From: the human T2T-CHM13v2.0 reference genome, Homo sapiens
Reading direction: 5' to 3' (one strand)
NCBI RefSeq assembly: GCF_009914755.1
Contig: NC_060945.1
DNA length: 64,000 nt
Position 1 is the first letter of the stretch. Each line of letters starts with the position of its first letter. Shown here in pieces: positions 59,056 through 64,000 of the stretch. A program made the translations under genes and the position numbers. Below the pieces are notes generated by a model. That model saw only the letters and a program-made list of their open reading frames with translations, made no database searches and had not been told where the DNA came from.

Positions 59056-59608
59056 GGGTAGACACAGGTGATCCCTACATCCAGGATGAGGAGGCTTTTA
59101 CTCTGAGGTATCTACCCTAGTTATCCCCAGAAAGCCATTCCATTTCTTTAAAGGGAGGAATCACCCTAAGGCAGCTTCATCATTGTCATCCTCCACCTGC
59201 TTTTCATCTCCCCAAATTCGGTTTAAATCTTATCTGCTGATAACCACCTTTATTTCCTTTGATGTTGTAGATGTTTAACTATTAGTTTTGTATAATCTTT
59301 TTGGAGGGTTTTAAGAAGGGGAGAAGATAAACTCAACACGTGATCCCATGGCCTTATTCAAGTAGAAGCTCCAATCTATTTTTTTTAACATTGTTTCCTG
59401 ATATTAAATCAAATAAGAGATGTAGGGTTCTCCTGATTACAATTAACTCTCTCATATGGCTAAATAAGGACATGACAAGTTATGCAAAACGTTTCTTTAA
59501 AGCTCTCTTGAAAGTGTTCAAGGAAGTGGGAAGACATAGAAATCTTTGAGGGTAGCCAAAGGGAAGGAAATAAATTACATGTCTCAGAATATAGAAATAA
59601 AGTTACTG

Positions 59609-59911
<303 letters not shown>

Positions 59912-60749
59912 AAATAAAGTTATTGTATCACAGCAGCTATGTCATCTGGAAACAAAATATTCTATTTAGGTATGGAGTGGTTTAGGGTTAGGTCTCCTTT
60001 ATGAGTAGAAGGGAATATATTTAAAATTTTTTTTAAATACAATTTCCTATATTTCAGTTTCAGAACTGGTTCTAAATCACTGGCTCTGAGCAATTTCGCT
60101 AGAAATGCTCCCTAATGACCTGCCCTGAGCTAATAGCATCGAGATCATTGATTAGACACAAGACAAGGAGCCCAGGACACAGGGCACAGCTAAGCTTTCA
60201 CAGCTCAGATTTTCAGCCTTTCCATCACCACGGTGGAAGGGGAAAAAAAATCCTTTCAGTTCCCTGAAGGATGTGTTCTTGCACATAAATTGGCATTTAG
60301 GTTCAATTAGATACTGAAGGCCTGGTCCTTTAAGGCCAGCCGGGTGGGTTGCGGCTAGATATGCCTCGGCGCCTCTCCTCTGTCCTATTACTGGGCAAGT
60401 GTCCTCTGGCTGTATGTGCTCCAAGTTATAACCTAACGAAAGGGCAAAAAGGTAGAAGAGATGGCTGATGAGGAGGAAGAGGATGGAAAGAAAAGGAAGA
60501 CAAAGATTTCCCTGACTATGCACATAGCCAGAATCTCAGCAGGTGAAATTACACAGCACAGAGAATCTCGATGAAGATTCTAATATAGATCACACAACTC
60601 TGAAGCTTTTCTCTTTAACATGAGACTCAGTTAAGGGTTGGAAGGGAGCTGGTGAGCAATGAAACAGTAAAGTACAAGAGGGCTCCAGCTTCCCGACCTC
60701 ACTCACAGTCTAGGCTAGATTAGCACATGCCAGACACAGTTCTGTTCAC

Positions 60750-60935
60750 TTTACAGCCATTGCTCATTTAATACTCACAACAATGACACTCACAGTATCT
60801 TCACTTTACAGATAGGGAAAATAAGGCATAGAAAGGTTAAGTGACTTGCCCAAAGTCACACAGCTAGTCCAAGGCAAAGCCTCAGCTCTGACATGGGAGG
60901 CCATTCCCTAACTCTTTGTTCACTGTTTTCTTTAA
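60750..60935 (-). mobile_element. MIR
   Basis: CTCATTTAATACTCACAAC, GGTTAAGTGACTTGCCCAAAGTCACACAGCTAGT. Confidence 0.85.
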
Positions 60936-61249
60936 AACATGATCTTGGAATTACTTTCTCTCATTTAGCAATATCATGCTAATTCAAGAGTCAGTAAAAT
61001 GTGTCCTTGAAGGTAGGTACAAAAAAGGATGTTCCCTCCAAAGGCAGCCCTCATCACAGCCTGAACCTTCAAAGGGTTGTAAGGAGCCTCAGATGCACAG
61101 CTGCCTTCTCTAGCACCACACTTTTGGTTCCACTGCTTAGACAACTAAGGAGAATGAAGAGCTTGTTCCTTATTTTCCAGCTTCTAGAAGGGCAAAGGAA
61201 GGGAATACCATGAGACAGAGGCCACACAGCACCCAAAAATAGAAGACCA

Positions 61250-61802
<553 letters not shown>

Positions 61803-62148
61803 TTATATATATATATATATATATTTGATTTGGACACTGACTCTGTATGGAGATTTTAATATTCAGTAAAGGCAGAATAAGTTGTGGAAATACCTCAAAT
61901 AAACAGAAGAGGATAAGGCATCAGTCAAACCAGGGAGGGATAAATCAGATAAAATGAAGAAGTTCAAACATAAGCAAGTGGTAAAGGAGCCAAAGATTCC
62001 CAACTAAAATGACTACTGGAACAACTGCAGCTTGAAAATATTTCCTGCGATCAAAATTTGCTCACGAGCTATGGACGTGAGTTTTGGGAAGAGATGATTC
62101 TCCTTTACACAACTGCCCGGATTGAAGAGGATTTGCTAGAATTTAGTA

Positions 62149-62389
62149 CAGTGGACCTGTGAATGACACAGGTTGGAACTGCATGGGTCCACTTATACGT
62201 GGATTCTTTTCCAACCAAACGCAGACTGAAAATATAGTATTGGTGGGACGCAAAACCTGTAATGTACAGAGGGCTGACTTTTCCTAGGCGAGGGTTCCAC
62301 AGGGCTCACTGCCAGACTTGAGTACGCACGGACTTTGGCGTACGCCGGGGTCCTGGAACCAATCCCTCACAGATACTGAAGGATAGCTG
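62149..62389 (-). mobile_element. MER8-like Tigger MITE (opposite orientation to 7279-7482)
   Basis: TA|CAGTGGACC...GGTCCACTTATACGTGGATT...GGTCCTGGAACCAATCCC...AGCTG|TA. Confidence 0.85.
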
Positions 62390-62679
62390 TATTTATCCCC
62401 TGACACACTGCAGCTCTTCATGAATACTGGGAGTCACTATACTCACCTAAGTTCTACACACTGAGGTAATGAGGTTCCAGATTCCAAATGTGGAAGTGAA
62501 CTTCCTTCTTTTCTCCTTGTGAGTGTGTGGGAGTCTGTGGGAGTGTGCATGAGGGGAGAAAAGGGAATGTCACTGAGCACCAGCATGAGCATGTCCAAGT
62601 GTGACCAAGATGGGCCAAGCATTGAAAGTAGCCAGGTGGGCGAGTGGCCAAGCGCCAGAGAGGCCAATCCCAAGAGTGA

Positions 62680-63063
<384 letters not shown>

Positions 63064-64000
63064 CCAGCAGACACTTCTAAGGCATCCTATTCTGAGGTCA
63101 AAAATACATTTTTAGGCTGAAAGATGAGAATAACTTCTTTGGAGAAAGCAATGAGCAGCAGGAAGTGTGGGGGGTCAGGAGTCAGGCTAAGCACTCTGAC
63201 ACCTGTTAGAAGCCTTCTCGAGAACAGAAGATTCTCGAGATTCCCAGGTGAGGGTCTTCAGCCTCATCTCACCCATTCCCCAATGTCCTGGCCGGACAAA
63301 AGCCACAGGCTGGGGGAAGAGCCATTTCTAGCAGAGCAGGCAACTGCTTCTAAGATTTAAAGTAAATGGGGGATTCCAAGACGTCTGATTCAGATGATCA
63401 GTAAAGTCACTGATGGTTTAGTCTTTCCTAAATACAGTCATAAAGATTTTAATTTCACATTATGTCAAGAGTTTTATGGAGCCAAGGATCTTTTCAGTAC
63501 GAATATGCCTATACAAACCCCACAGAAATCAGGCGGCAAAAGCAATAATCATAACTATCACCTTTTGGGTCAAAAACTTGATTAAAGCCAAATGACAACT
63601 AAAATGTATTTTATTAGCAGTAAGATGAAATCCAGAGCATATGTCAAAGCTGGACTATGAAGTCATAATTTCTCTAGATCACAGTTGGAAGCAGTAATTT
63701 TATCACTCTGTCCCTCCCTAGCCTGTAAATCCAAATATAGTTCAGACAGCAGCTCTGGGCTGCAGGGTAGTATCCTACTCACTGTGAGACTCTGGGGAGG
63801 AGCTCCACTCTCACTGGCCCAGGCAGGCCACACCCAGCCTCCCTGCTCTCCCGAGTTTATGGCCCTGGGCACCTCTCCCAATCCAGGGCAGAATCAGCTG
63901 TCACAGGAGTAAGATGCTGCCACACACCCTGGATCAGCTGTCCCCAGTAGGCATGCCATGGAGTAGTCTAATTAGCCTCTGTGAAGATGTCATGTTTTGT

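Overview
Primate (most likely human) non-coding DNA, probably part of one large intron or an intergenic region. I cannot name the host gene. I find no supportable protein-coding exon or RNA gene; the supplied ORFs are Alu/L1 read-throughs or chance ORFs. The window holds about 30 Alu copies or fragments (J, S and Y lineages), old L1M and L2 pieces, one L1PA 3' end, MIRs, MLT1 LTRs and DNA-transposon MITEs (MER58, MER8 x2, MER1A, MER5-like, MER53). Repeat subfamilies were called from remembered consensus motifs, and boundaries of old elements are approximate. I see no new multi-gene system. The most unusual signals are fossils of local rearrangement or template switching: a 108-bp non-Alu inverted repeat 2.6 kb apart with a STAT-type site in both arms; a MER1A/Alu microhomology fusion with an identical templated copy 1 kb upstream; a micro-inversion inside an L1; a perfect 17-bp hairpin; a ~190-bp direct duplication; and a zero-spacer head-to-head Alu pair.
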